In this document: positions 1-8,452 of the stretch, piece after piece | How positions within the stretch are numbered: position 1 is the stretch's first letter | Layout: every line of letters begins with the position of its first letter | Source: a virus | Taxonomy: Duplodnaviria; Caudoviricetes | Direction: 5' to 3' (one strand) | IMG/VR virus record: IMGVR_UViG_3300038334_000149 | Span: 1-34,126 of that record | Length of the DNA stretch: 34,126 nt | The notes under the pieces: model-generated | The model's input: only the letters and a program-made list of their open reading frames with translations | Database searches by the model: none | What the model was told of the DNA's origin: nothing | Position numbers and translations under genes: made by a program

Positions 1-729
1 TTAGTAAATCCGCAACTGGAGTGCGATTGTGCCGATCAGAAAAAGGTCATCATTCTGAAAGGAGTCTATAATCTGGACCCGGTAGTCTAAATTAAAAGGA
101 TGGAGGACAACCTGAGCCCGCTTGGGATCAAGCTGGACACGTTTTATCGTCACTGCTCCATCAACTCGCACTGCACAGACAGCATTATCCGCTAAGCGCC
201 AATCATAGCAACGTCTTATCAGCACCAAATCGTTATGTTCGATATTGGGCTCCATACTCTTGCCATTGACCCGAAACAGGAGATACTCTTCAGCTTGAGT
301 TCTGAGGTAAGTTCTCGGTATTTCAATCTGTTGTAATGGCTCGTAATTGTCGGGCACTAAAACGGGTTCTCCGGCGGAAATTTCCGCAGACACGGGGAAG
401 ATTATGGTGCGATTGTAAATCGCTTCCACAGTATCGGTTAAGACTGGTTTACCATTGATGAACTGCACCTTCTTAGTCTTCTTATGCTCCGGCTTGATCT
501 CCCAGGGTAAGGAGACATACATGCTACCTTCACCCCTGAGCAACCAGTTCAAGTTAATCTTCAACTCAGCCAATTTGGATAAAAAATCAGGGTCAGGCAT
601 CCGTTCATCTCGCTTATATCTACCTAAGGAATTATAGGAAATGCCCATTTCGTCTGCGAATTTCTTAGAAGTCATATTTAATGCTTTGATAACGATATCG
701 AGCCGATGACCAACAGTGTAAGTTGCCAT
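1..729 (-). CDS. Phage repressor, XRE/CI-type HTH plus S24 (LexA-like) autopeptidase
   Basis: N-terminal HTH (SKKFADEMGISYNSLGRY..NLNWLLRGEG), Ala-Gly cleavage site (ISAGEP), catalytic Ser (GKSMEP) and Lys (TIKR). Confidence 0.9.
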   Translation of the reverse strand: MATYTVGHRLDIVIKALNMTSKKFADEMGISYNSLGRYKRDERMPDPDFLSKLAELKINLNWLLRGEGSMYVSLPWEIKPEHKKTKKVQFINGKPVLTDTVEAIYNRTIIFPVSAEISAGEPVLVPDNYEPLQQIEIPRTYLRTQAEEYLLFRVNGKSMEPNIEHNDLVLIRRCYDWRLADNAVCAVRVDGAVTIKRVQLDPKRAQVVLHPFNLDYRVQIIDSFQNDDLFLIGTIALQLRIY

Positions 730-756
730 CTTATCCCCCTTTGTAAATAATCTCTA

Positions 757-785
757 TTGACAAATACCCGATTGGGTATCATAGT
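757..785 (+). promoter_or_regulatory. Rightward (early/lytic) sigma70-type promoter
   Basis: TTGACA (757-762), 17 bp spacer, CATAGT (780-785), upstream of the transposase operon. Confidence 0.7.
764..779. promoter_or_regulatory. Putative repressor operator ATACCC-N4-GGGTAT
   Basis: Perfect 6-bp inverted repeat filling the promoter spacer; half-site AAATACCC recurs at 803-810. Confidence 0.6.
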
Positions 786-797
786 GCAACTGTGAAC

Positions 798-826
798 AAC
801 ATAAATACCCAAAGATGTTGTGTCAA
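798..826 (-). promoter_or_regulatory. Leftward (repressor) promoter
   Basis: Minus strand TTGACA (826-821), 17 bp spacer, TATGTT (803-798); overlapped by inverted repeat ACAACAT (796-802) / ATGTTGT (815-821). Confidence 0.65.
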
Positions 827-970
827 GAGATTTAGTAAATAGTGTGAATGTGCGGCGGAATATTCCGGCGGGGTTGGAAGTTGCGGAAGATACCGGAAAA
901 TCACAGAAAGGACTTCCCAACATCTTGCAAGACAGGTAAGTAGCACCCATATAAACAATGGGAGGCGCTT

Positions 971-1558
971 ATGAAAGCGACGAGTTTTAAGCCGGTTAGC
1001 CGCATGCGGTGTGACACCCCCAAAAGCGACCACTGTGACAACCAGTGTGACAAGCACTGTGACACATGTCGTTCCAAACGGGTTAAATGCAATCTACCGC
1101 AAGAGTTGATAGCCTGTCACAGTGCTTTTAGCAAAATGACAGGGAAAACACCGACCACTGTGACACGTTTTGTCACAGTGGTTGTCACAGTGCTAGGCAA
1201 TTATGCCGAAAGGTTGAGAATGTCGAATAAGAAGATTAGATCTGTCTGGCTGACCGTAGAAAGAGTAGCTGAACTAAAAGGCTGCTCAGTGCGGACAGCC
1301 TGGAGATATATAGGTAAGGGTAATATGCTTACCCATAAAGAGCAGATAGCCATCGGCTCAGCCAGAGTGGTCAAGACTTTTGTAATGACTGACCCGGCTC
1401 TGCTGACTGCCGAGATGGAGGACTGCAATTTACGGTGTGTGGTACCGGCTGAGTTTATAGAACGTAAAATCGAGCTGGGAGACAAGCAGATGAACAGCGC
1501 TTTGATCTATGGTTATAGTGAGAGTGACTCGGTGGGAGGCTATAATGAAGCTTTTTGA
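971..1558 (+). CDS. HTH DNA-binding protein (excisionase/MuA N-terminal-like winged helix) with Cys-rich repeat-encoded N-terminus
   Basis: GGAGG RBS before ATG 971; WLTVERVAELKGCSVRTAWRYI HTH. Alternative start at ATG 1220. Confidence 0.65.
   Translation: MKATSFKPVSRMRCDTPKSDHCDNQCDKHCDTCRSKRVKCNLPQELIACHSAFSKMTGKTPTTVTRFVTVVVTVLGNYAERLRMSNKKIRSVWLTVERVAELKGCSVRTAWRYIGKGNMLTHKEQIAIGSARVVKTFVMTDPALLTAEMEDCNLRCVVPAEFIERKIELGDKQMNSALIYGYSESDSVGGYNEAF
1010..1194. repeat. Array of 12-bp A(C/G)CA(C/G)TGTGACA direct and inverted repeats
   Basis: Forward copies at 1029, 1041, 1053 (tandem) and 1154; reverse copies at 1115, 1171, 1183; partial TGTGACA at 1010. 1154-1182 is a perfect 12-bp inverted repeat with a 5-nt spacer. 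Confidence 0.95.
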
Positions 1559-3626
1559 TATCAACATCGAGGAATATGCGGAGTTCTATCAGGAAGTGAT
1601 GACCTATGCCAATGCCAATCCGCATCACAAAATCAAGGCTATAATCATTGATGATGAAGCAGATAGCACTGGTGAGAACTCCGAACGGGTACATGTAGTG
1701 CGTTCTGAAGTTCATGTACCGCAAGTACCTGCGATGCCAATAAAGCACTATATACCGTATCAAGAGAAGCCAGATAGTAAAGAACTCGACCTCAGACCCA
1801 AAGACTTCATCTCCAATCAGCATGAACAGGAAGCCAGGTTATTCGGTCAGTTCTGCACGGTGGTAATGGATAGACTCAATTACTGTAACTCCCGGACAGC
1901 CGAGTGGAAACAGATAACCACAGACTTCAATAATAGAACCCTGGTGCCGGAGCTATACAATATAGTAGGCAGCCGTAATGAACGGGCTCTGCGTATGTGG
2001 ATAGAGCGGTTCATTGATAATGATCAAGACATGTATGCCATGCTGCATAAGGGCAAGAATAAGAGCCGGGGACGTAAAGTCACCTATCTGGAACAGAACT
2101 ACCTGCTCAGTAAGCTGCTTGGACCTAATAACATTAAAATCGGCTCTGCCATCCATAGCTTAAAGACGGCAGCCCGGCTGGGATGCTGTGAATCACCGAC
2201 CAGTGAGCCAACCCTCAAACGCTGGTGCAAGGACTGGATTGAGAACCATCCTGCCGAGTGGGCACAGGCAACCAAGGGCAGTAAGTATGTAGCCGAACGC
2301 ATAGTAAAGACGATCCTGCGGGATGACTCGATGCTCAAGGTCGGAAGTGTCTGGGTAGCAGATGGTCATAACTTAGCCTTTGATATCATCAACCCCAAGA
2401 CCGGTAAAGCTCAACGCATGACCCTAATTCTGGTTCTGGACTGGGCAAGCCGATATCCGGTGGGAGCATCTCTGGCTGTAACGGAAGATAGCCAACACAT
2501 CCTGACTGCCTTCCGCAATGGCTTCCTGAACTGGGGAGCGGTACCGGAGTATGTCTATTTAGATAATGGCAAGGCTTTCAAAGCCAAGCTCTTTCATGAG
2601 CAGTGGGATAACCATGACTTGGAGAAAGAACTGGCAGGCATCTTCCCCCGGCTCGATATCGGAGTAGCCTTCGCAGAGAGCTATAATGCCAAAGCCAAAG
2701 TAATCGAACGCTTCTTCAAGACCATGCAAGAGCAACTGGAACGCTTCGTATCGACCTTTAGAGGCTCATCCATAGCCGATAAACCTGCCACTCTGATGCG
2801 TAATGAAAAATGGGCTCAGAAGATGTTCAAGGGAGAGGCACCCACAGTGGAAGAGACGATGCAGCTGATTGCCTTCTATGTCAGACATGTCTATGGCGAG
2901 ACCCCGCATGCTGCTCTGAAGGGTAAGACACCTTATCAGGTATTCAGCACTTCCCAACTGCCTCAGGAGCGCGTGGTCGCACCAGACCGGCTCAACTTCC
3001 TGATGCTGTCAGCAGAACGCAAGAGTGTCCGTAACCAGGGTATCAACTTAGATGGCAAGATATACTGGCATCCTGAGTTGGTAGACCAGATCGGCAAGCC
3101 GGTAGTCATTAGATACGACTATAACGATGCCCGATGGATACTGGTCTATGACAAGCATGACATCTTCATCTGCCAGGCAGAGATCAGAAGGACTCAACAT
3201 GCCTTTATCCATGTAGCTATGGATAAACCAACTGCTCATAAAGAACTCAATACGGAATATAACCAAGTCAAGAAACTGCGCCGGGATACAGCAGCCAAGA
3301 CCAAGAAGTGGATACGGCAGTCGCAGGAAGCAGTGGATAGATTAGTCAAACCTCTGCCTATCAGTACAGTGGAACTTCCCATGTTTGCCAATCAGCCGAT
3401 GATCTCGGCTCCCCAGCCCAGCCCGGTGGATGAGATTGCCAGATTAGACCAACTGCTGATGGCAGAGACGGAGCAGACCGATTTTCAACCCAGTATAGAA
3501 ACCCTAACAACCATTAAAGCTGATGCTGATATTGATGCTAATGCTGATACAGAGACATCTACTGAAGGCTCTTTAATCGAGACCCATACCTTCCCCGAAC
3601 TGCTGAAATTAATCGGATTTAAATAG
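1545..3626 (+). CDS. Mu-type DDE transposase (MuA-like)
   Basis: DDE motifs WVADGH, VYLDNGKAF, AKAKVIERFF; Mu transposase C-terminal region (VVIRYDYND); GGGAGG RBS at 1534-1539 supports ATG 1545. Confidence 0.92.
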   Translation: MKLFDINIEEYAEFYQEVMTYANANPHHKIKAIIIDDEADSTGENSERVHVVRSEVHVPQVPAMPIKHYIPYQEKPDSKELDLRPKDFISNQHEQEARLFGQFCTVVMDRLNYCNSRTAEWKQITTDFNNRTLVPELYNIVGSRNERALRMWIERFIDNDQDMYAMLHKGKNKSRGRKVTYLEQNYLLSKLLGPNNIKIGSAIHSLKTAARLGCCESPTSEPTLKRWCKDWIENHPAEWAQATKGSKYVAERIVKTILRDDSMLKVGSVWVADGHNLAFDIINPKTGKAQRMTLILVLDWASRYPVGASLAVTEDSQHILTAFRNGFLNWGAVPEYVYLDNGKAFKAKLFHEQWDNHDLEKELAGIFPRLDIGVAFAESYNAKAKVIERFFKTMQEQLERFVSTFRGSSIADKPATLMRNEKWAQKMFKGEAPTVEETMQLIAFYVRHVYGETPHAALKGKTPYQVFSTSQLPQERVVAPDRLNFLMLSAERKSVRNQGINLDGKIYWHPELVDQIGKPVVIRYDYNDARWILVYDKHDIFICQAEIRRTQHAFIHVAMDKPTAHKELNTEYNQVKKLRRDTAAKTKKWIRQSQEAVDRLVKPLPISTVELPMFANQPMISAPQPSPVDEIARLDQLLMAETEQTDFQPSIETLTTIKADADIDANADTETSTEGSLIETHTFPELLKLIGFK

Positions 3627-3634
3627 GAGAGATC

Positions 3635-4345
3635 ATGAAACAAGGAATATTAGTCAGAACCGAGAATGTGATCAGCGCTGATAGCTGCATCAATTATCTG
3701 TTGGACAGACCCAAGATGGAGATGGTCGGACTGGGACTGCTTTATGGCAAGCCCGGACTCGGCAAGACCACCTATGCCAAACGCATGGCTTTCAGTAAGG
3801 GCTATGTCTATCTGAGATTAGAAGCCACGACCACTCCCAAGGCTTTTGCGATGGAGTTATTATCCAATCTCTATAAACGCTTCGGACTGGGAGAGTATAT
3901 ACCCTACGGCACAGCCAATAACCTCTTTAAGCTCTGTCTGCAGAGCCTGGAAGACCATCCTGATACCATTATCATTATCGATGAGATAGACTATGCCTTC
4001 CGGCATCCTCAGCTCTTGGGTGCGATCCGGGACATCGTGGATGAGACAACCGCAGTGGTCATCCTGGTCGGGATGCAGAATGCTAAAGACCGGCTGTCAC
4101 AGATCAATGAGTACTACTTTGACAGATGCAATGTCTTCTATGAGTTCAAAGCTGTCACCAAGAAAGATGTCGGCCAACTCTGCCGGGATATTTTGGAAGT
4201 TCCCTTCGCTCCTGATGTGGTTGACTATGTCCACTTCAACTCCTGTGGTAACCTGCGTAAAGCCATGAAGCTCATCCACACAGTGGAAGAGATTGGTAAA
4301 CACCGTAAACTGGCTAAGGTCAGCCAAGCAGATTTACAAGTCTGA
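3635..4345 (+). CDS. AAA+ transposition ATPase (MuB-like)
   Basis: Walker A GKPGLGKT, Walker B IIIIDEID, ILVG and GNLR motifs, directly after the transposase. Confidence 0.9.
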   Translation: MKQGILVRTENVISADSCINYLLDRPKMEMVGLGLLYGKPGLGKTTYAKRMAFSKGYVYLRLEATTTPKAFAMELLSNLYKRFGLGEYIPYGTANNLFKLCLQSLEDHPDTIIIIDEIDYAFRHPQLLGAIRDIVDETTAVVILVGMQNAKDRLSQINEYYFDRCNVFYEFKAVTKKDVGQLCRDILEVPFAPDVVDYVHFNSCGNLRKAMKLIHTVEEIGKHRKLAKVSQADLQV

Positions 4346-4352
4346 GCTTACT

Positions 4353-4856
4353 ATGACTGATAAAGAACTGCTCTATAACTTTGCCGGTCAATACAATCGA
4401 CCTTTCACCTTGGAGACGATGGCTGCCTTTACCACTGTCAGCATCGAGAGCATACCTCCTATACTGGCAGAGCTGATCAAGACTGAGAAGGTCAAACAGA
4501 TCGAATCTAATCCTGCCATCTATGTCCGCTGTAACCGCTACCATGCCACTTTAGGTTATCAGCACTACAAGGGTTGGAGCTTTGACCTGAGGTCAGTTCA
4601 TCAACTCTTAGATATCTTAGAACAAGGCAAATATAAGTCGATTCGGGACATTGCCCAAGCCATCAACCGCAGCCGGCAGTGGGTGTATATCTACTTGGAA
4701 GCTTTGGCATCCATAGAAGTCATCAATCTGGTCGGCTACGTATATATCGTAGTCTCCAGAAAGAACGTGCCTAAGATCGGCAGGAAAGTCCAGAAGGGCA
4801 TCCTGGGACAACTTCGCAACCTTAATAAGATGCATGCATACCGGCGCATAGACTGA
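4353..4856 (+). CDS. Putative winged-HTH DNA-binding early protein
   Basis: SIRDIAQAINRSRQWVYIYL HTH-like segment; start set at the ATG after the ATPase stop. Confidence 0.55.
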   Translation: MTDKELLYNFAGQYNRPFTLETMAAFTTVSIESIPPILAELIKTEKVKQIESNPAIYVRCNRYHATLGYQHYKGWSFDLRSVHQLLDILEQGKYKSIRDIAQAINRSRQWVYIYLEALASIEVINLVGYVYIVVSRKNVPKIGRKVQKGILGQLRNLNKMHAYRRID

Positions 4857-4896
4857 TAGCTAACAACTAACAATACAGACAGACGAGGGTATTACT

Positions 4897-5445
4897 ATGA
4901 CGAAAGAACAGAGAGAACGCTACCTGCGGCAAGATATCCATGCCCTGCGGGTCACCAAGTTCAAATGGACTGTTGACCAGTTCAAAGCTTTACTTAAGGA
5001 ACTGGACTTTGGTGAATCCCTGACTGCTCTGGATGAGATGATCCTGACAGAACTCAAGCTTATACTGATGCGTGTCCGCATAACCGGCAAGCCTGATGAA
5101 TATACCTATGACCAGCAAGGTATGTATATGCACTCTCTGATGAAGCGAGCCGGCTGGGATGAATACAGCCTGCGCACCTTTCTGATTACCCATTACCATA
5201 AAAGCCACTGGAACTTACTGGATGCCAATCAGCGCAAAGCCGTTATCGCTATGTTCCAGAAGTACGTTGCCAAACGCAGCCAAGCTGCTGCTGAGCAAGA
5301 TGCTCTGCAGGACTATGACCAGAATCCCATCCCCGACCTCAATCCTAATAAAGAGCATAACTTAGAAAACAAGAAAAAGACTAAATCAAATAAAGCTAAA
5401 ATAAACCAGGAGGTTTCAAATGGAAACGAACCAAGAGAAAAGTAA
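4897..5445 (+). CDS. Mu-like early protein, possibly GemA/DUF1018-like
   Basis: IHALR...SLTALDE helical pattern and position in the early operon; low-complexity K/N-rich tail. Confidence 0.4.
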   Translation: MTKEQRERYLRQDIHALRVTKFKWTVDQFKALLKELDFGESLTALDEMILTELKLILMRVRITGKPDEYTYDQQGMYMHSLMKRAGWDEYSLRTFLITHYHKSHWNLLDANQRKAVIAMFQKYVAKRSQAAAEQDALQDYDQNPIPDLNPNKEHNLENKKKTKSNKAKINQEVSNGNEPREK

Positions 5446-6049
5446 AAGCAGCAAAACCCCGATTGAACGTACAATGCTGGATGCCAGGGGCCGGGAAATC
5501 CCTCTCAAGTTAGTCAAGACCGAGATCATCAAACAGGATGCGGTCATCCGCAGAACCATGGACAGGGTGAAAAGCCTGCATAAGCGCATCATCCATGATA
5601 AAGCCCGGCTCTTTGAAGAGTTGGAAGGCTACTTAGAGTTCATGGCAGAGAAGCATGGTCTGCACTGGAAAGGCAATGCCATCCTGCTCAGTTTTGATGA
5701 GCAGTACAAAGTGGAGATCCGTTTCAAAGAGAATATCCAGTTCGGCATTGAACTGCAGCTTGCCAAACAGAAGATTGATGAGTGCCTGAAAGCCTGGACT
5801 ACCGACTCCAATGTCAACTTGAGAGCTATCATCACAGAAGCTTTCCAGGTCGATAAGAAAGGTGAGATAGCCAAGCACCGCATCCTTGCCCTGCGTAAGT
5901 ACAATATCAAAGACCCGACCTGGAAAGAAGCAATGGAACTGATCGATTCGGCAATCAATGTCACTTCCACCAAACAATATGTAGCTTTCTACGAACGGGA
6001 TGCTGCCGGTAACTACCAGCAGATAGTCCTCAACTTCAGTGCGCTGTAA
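5420..6049 (+). CDS. DUF3164-like Mu-phage protein
   Basis: KGNAILLSFD, LQLAKQKIDECL, AFQVDKKG, WKEAMELI, YVAFYER motifs typical of DUF3164; GGAGG RBS. Confidence 0.8.
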   Translation: METNQEKSKSSKTPIERTMLDARGREIPLKLVKTEIIKQDAVIRRTMDRVKSLHKRIIHDKARLFEELEGYLEFMAEKHGLHWKGNAILLSFDEQYKVEIRFKENIQFGIELQLAKQKIDECLKAWTTDSNVNLRAIITEAFQVDKKGEIAKHRILALRKYNIKDPTWKEAMELIDSAINVTSTKQYVAFYERDAAGNYQQIVLNFSAL

Positions 6050-6066
6050 TGCCAACTTGCCAGATA

Positions 6067-6100
6067 CTGTGGTAACCTTTAGCAACCTGATTTGATAAAT
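6067..6100 (+). promoter_or_regulatory. Putative activator-dependent middle/late promoter motif, copy 1
   Basis: 25/34 identical to 18927-18960; contains tandem G(T/C)AACCT repeats 10 bp apart. Confidence 0.55.
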
Positions 6101-6117
6101 ACCCAGGAGCAGAATAC

Positions 6118-6378
6118 ATGGATTACATGAGAAATAATAATGCAGCCCAAACCGTACCTGACGAACCACTGAACTTCTTTAAAGAAGACCGCAGTTATCG
6201 TCCGGATGAGATAGCCGATGCCCTTAAAGTCGACCGTTCGACCGTCTATCGCCTGATTAGAGAGATTAGTGACCCTCTGCCGGCATATCGTATTAAAGAG
6301 CAGGGACAACTCCGCTGCTTCGGCAGAGACATCAATAAATACCTGGAGAACCACAAGGTACAACCTCACAATGAGTAA
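6118..6378 (+). CDS. Small HTH protein, candidate late-gene regulator
   Basis: YRPDEIADALKVDRSTVYRLI HTH; precedes the terminase genes. Confidence 0.65.
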   Translation: MDYMRNNNAAQTVPDEPLNFFKEDRSYRPDEIADALKVDRSTVYRLIREISDPLPAYRIKEQGQLRCFGRDINKYLENHKVQPHNE

Positions 6379-6820
6379 TGACAAAGAGTTCCGCATCAAG
6401 AAAGATAACTGCAAGGAAGCTTACCTGAATGGTAAGACCAATATTGATGAACTTGCAGTTATCTTCGGCATCTCCGAGATCACCGTCCGCAAGTGGATCA
6501 AGTCGGGTAATTGGAATAGTCTGTTCAAGGAAGAGCGTAAGCTCGACCACGAGATCAAAGTAGCCAGAAAACGGGCTTTGATCCAAGCCTTGAGAGAATA
6601 TGCCAAGAACCCGGCTGATACCGCACTGCAGTCCCTTGTCAGTCTCATTAAACAGAACCAGAAGGATGATGAACCGGCTCGGGAACTCAATGACTATATC
6701 GTAAAGTTTATGGATCAAACCACCGACTTCATGGTCGAGAAAGGCTATGAAACACTACTTAAGCAGTTCCAAGGTATTGTCCTGGATTTAGCTGACTATC
6801 TTCGTATTAGAAACGGATAA
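6371..6820 (+). CDS. Putative terminase small subunit (DUF1804-like HTH)
   Basis: IDELAVIFGISEITVRKWIKSGNW HTH immediately upstream of the large terminase. Confidence 0.7.
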   Translation: MSNDKEFRIKKDNCKEAYLNGKTNIDELAVIFGISEITVRKWIKSGNWNSLFKEERKLDHEIKVARKRALIQALREYAKNPADTALQSLVSLIKQNQKDDEPARELNDYIVKFMDQTTDFMVEKGYETLLKQFQGIVLDLADYLRIRNG

Positions 6821-6898
6821 TCATCATGACACCTCATAAGATTAATCGACCCCATATCTCCCTGACTAACTCCAATCCAAAGCAAATCCCCGAGCGTT

Positions 6899-8452
6899 AT
6901 GCCTAAGAAGTTCATTCAGCGGCATAACAAGGCATTGACGGAGATCGCAGCCAAGACGATCTCCGTTTTGCCATTTATAGACGATAATCCAGAAGCCAGA
7001 GAGGAAAGGATAGCCCGAACCAAAGGTGAAGGCTGGGACTCGTTTTCCTTTTTCTGCCGGACTTACTTTCCCCACATCTTTCCACTACCTTTCTGCCCAG
7101 CCCACAACATTATGTTTGATGAGACTGATAAGAGCACAGGCATCATCGGCATCACAGGTTTTCGTGGACTGGGCAAAACGGTACTGATGGGAGTGGTTTA
7201 TCCGATCTGGAAGATTATCAAAGGTGAGAAGTATGTTATCCATACGGCTGCCGATGTCGATCTTTCGCAGGAACGGACTGCCTTCACTCTGCATGAACTG
7301 ACCAACAATAGAAGATTGCTTGGTGACTATCCTGAACTGCAACCTGTTGACTCTTTTGACTTGGATTTCTATCTTAAGAACAAGACCCGCATCAGAGCCA
7401 GGAGTATTAAGCAATCGCATCGTGGAACCCTGAATCCCAAGACTGCCAAACGTCCCGGACTGATTATCTGTGATGATATAGACAAAGAAGAGAACATGGG
7501 TAATCAGTCTATCGGTAAGAGACGTATGGACAAGATTACTCAGGAGTTGGCAGGAGCCTTGGCCCCGGAAGGAACAGGCAAGGTAATCTGGCTCGGTAAC
7601 CTTGTGCATCCCAATTATGCCATCTGCCAGTTCCAGCAGCTCATAATAGACGATTTAAAGGCAGATAATCCTGACTTGGATGTTGCTCTTAAACCAGTCT
7701 TAAAATGCCACCAGAGAGCTATTATGCGCTTTCCTTTGGAGAATCCCGACGGTAGCTCTGCTTGGGAAGAGCAATACCCTACAAGTACACTCCCCAACCT
7801 GAGAGCTAAGTTCGGCAGTACCGGTTACCAGAGAGAGATGCTCGGTCAGCCGGTCATCGAAGGCAATATCTTCAAGCACCAGTGGTTCACCAAATACAGA
7901 AACCTGCCTGCTCCAGCACTTATGAAGCGGGTCTGGATGTATGCTGACCCGGCATGGGGCGAGAAGGGCTGCTTCAAAGCTATCATCTCCATAGGCTATG
8001 ACGGCAATAGGTTCTATGTAATCCATGTCTGGATAAGACAGACTGAGAATACCAAGTTCTTCAGATACTACCATGATACCTATCAGGAACTGGAATCTAT
8101 CTACAAAGCCAAGTTCCGCTCTGCTATCGAGACCAGTTACGGTCAGGCTCGTATCCTTGCTGACTTTGACAGGTGGGCTAAGGATAACAACCTCAATCCC
8201 ATCTCCCACAGAATCAAACGTATTGATAACAAGGAAAACAAGAACCTGAGAATAGAGAGAACTGAGACCAGCATCGAGACAGCCAAGATACTCTTTCCTG
8301 ATGGTCAGGATACACCCACCCTGATATCTCAGTTCCTCACCTATCCTGATGGTTATATCGATGGCTGTGATGCATTAGCCGGGTGTCTGGAACGCTTCAA
8401 TGAATACGACATTGGCAGGAACAGAGTCCGGGTCCGGAGGTTTTCGTTCTGA
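6899..8452 (+). CDS. terL: Terminase large subunit
   Basis: Walker A GFRGLGKT, Walker B LIICDDID, nuclease motifs YADPA and DGCDALAG. Confidence 0.88.
   Translation: MPKKFIQRHNKALTEIAAKTISVLPFIDDNPEAREERIARTKGEGWDSFSFFCRTYFPHIFPLPFCPAHNIMFDETDKSTGIIGITGFRGLGKTVLMGVVYPIWKIIKGEKYVIHTAADVDLSQERTAFTLHELTNNRRLLGDYPELQPVDSFDLDFYLKNKTRIRARSIKQSHRGTLNPKTAKRPGLIICDDIDKEENMGNQSIGKRRMDKITQELAGALAPEGTGKVIWLGNLVHPNYAICQFQQLIIDDLKADNPDLDVALKPVLKCHQRAIMRFPLENPDGSSAWEEQYPTSTLPNLRAKFGSTGYQREMLGQPVIEGNIFKHQWFTKYRNLPAPALMKRVWMYADPAWGEKGCFKAIISIGYDGNRFYVIHVWIRQTENTKFFRYYHDTYQELESIYKAKFRSAIETSYGQARILADFDRWAKDNNLNPISHRIKRIDNKENKNLRIERTETSIETAKILFPDGQDTPTLISQFLTYPDGYIDGCDALAGCLERFNEYDIGRNRVRVRRFSF

Noticed and set aside
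848-943. 31-codon ORF as a Ner/Cro gene
   Set aside because: No RBS or HTH pattern; overlaps putative regulatory palindromes.
1010-1194. CRISPR array
   Set aside because: Repeats are only 12 bp, tandem or inverted, with no regular unique spacers and no cas genes.
3519-3557. GCTGAT-type microrepeat in the transposase 3' end
   Set aside because: Encodes a low-complexity acidic linker (ADADIDANADTET); degenerate, no sign of phase variation.
5629-8209. Long antisense/alternate-frame ORFs (e.g. 5633-6169, 7085-7609, 7700-8209; also 22113-22600)
   Set aside because: Shadow frames of well-supported genes with no motifs or RBS.
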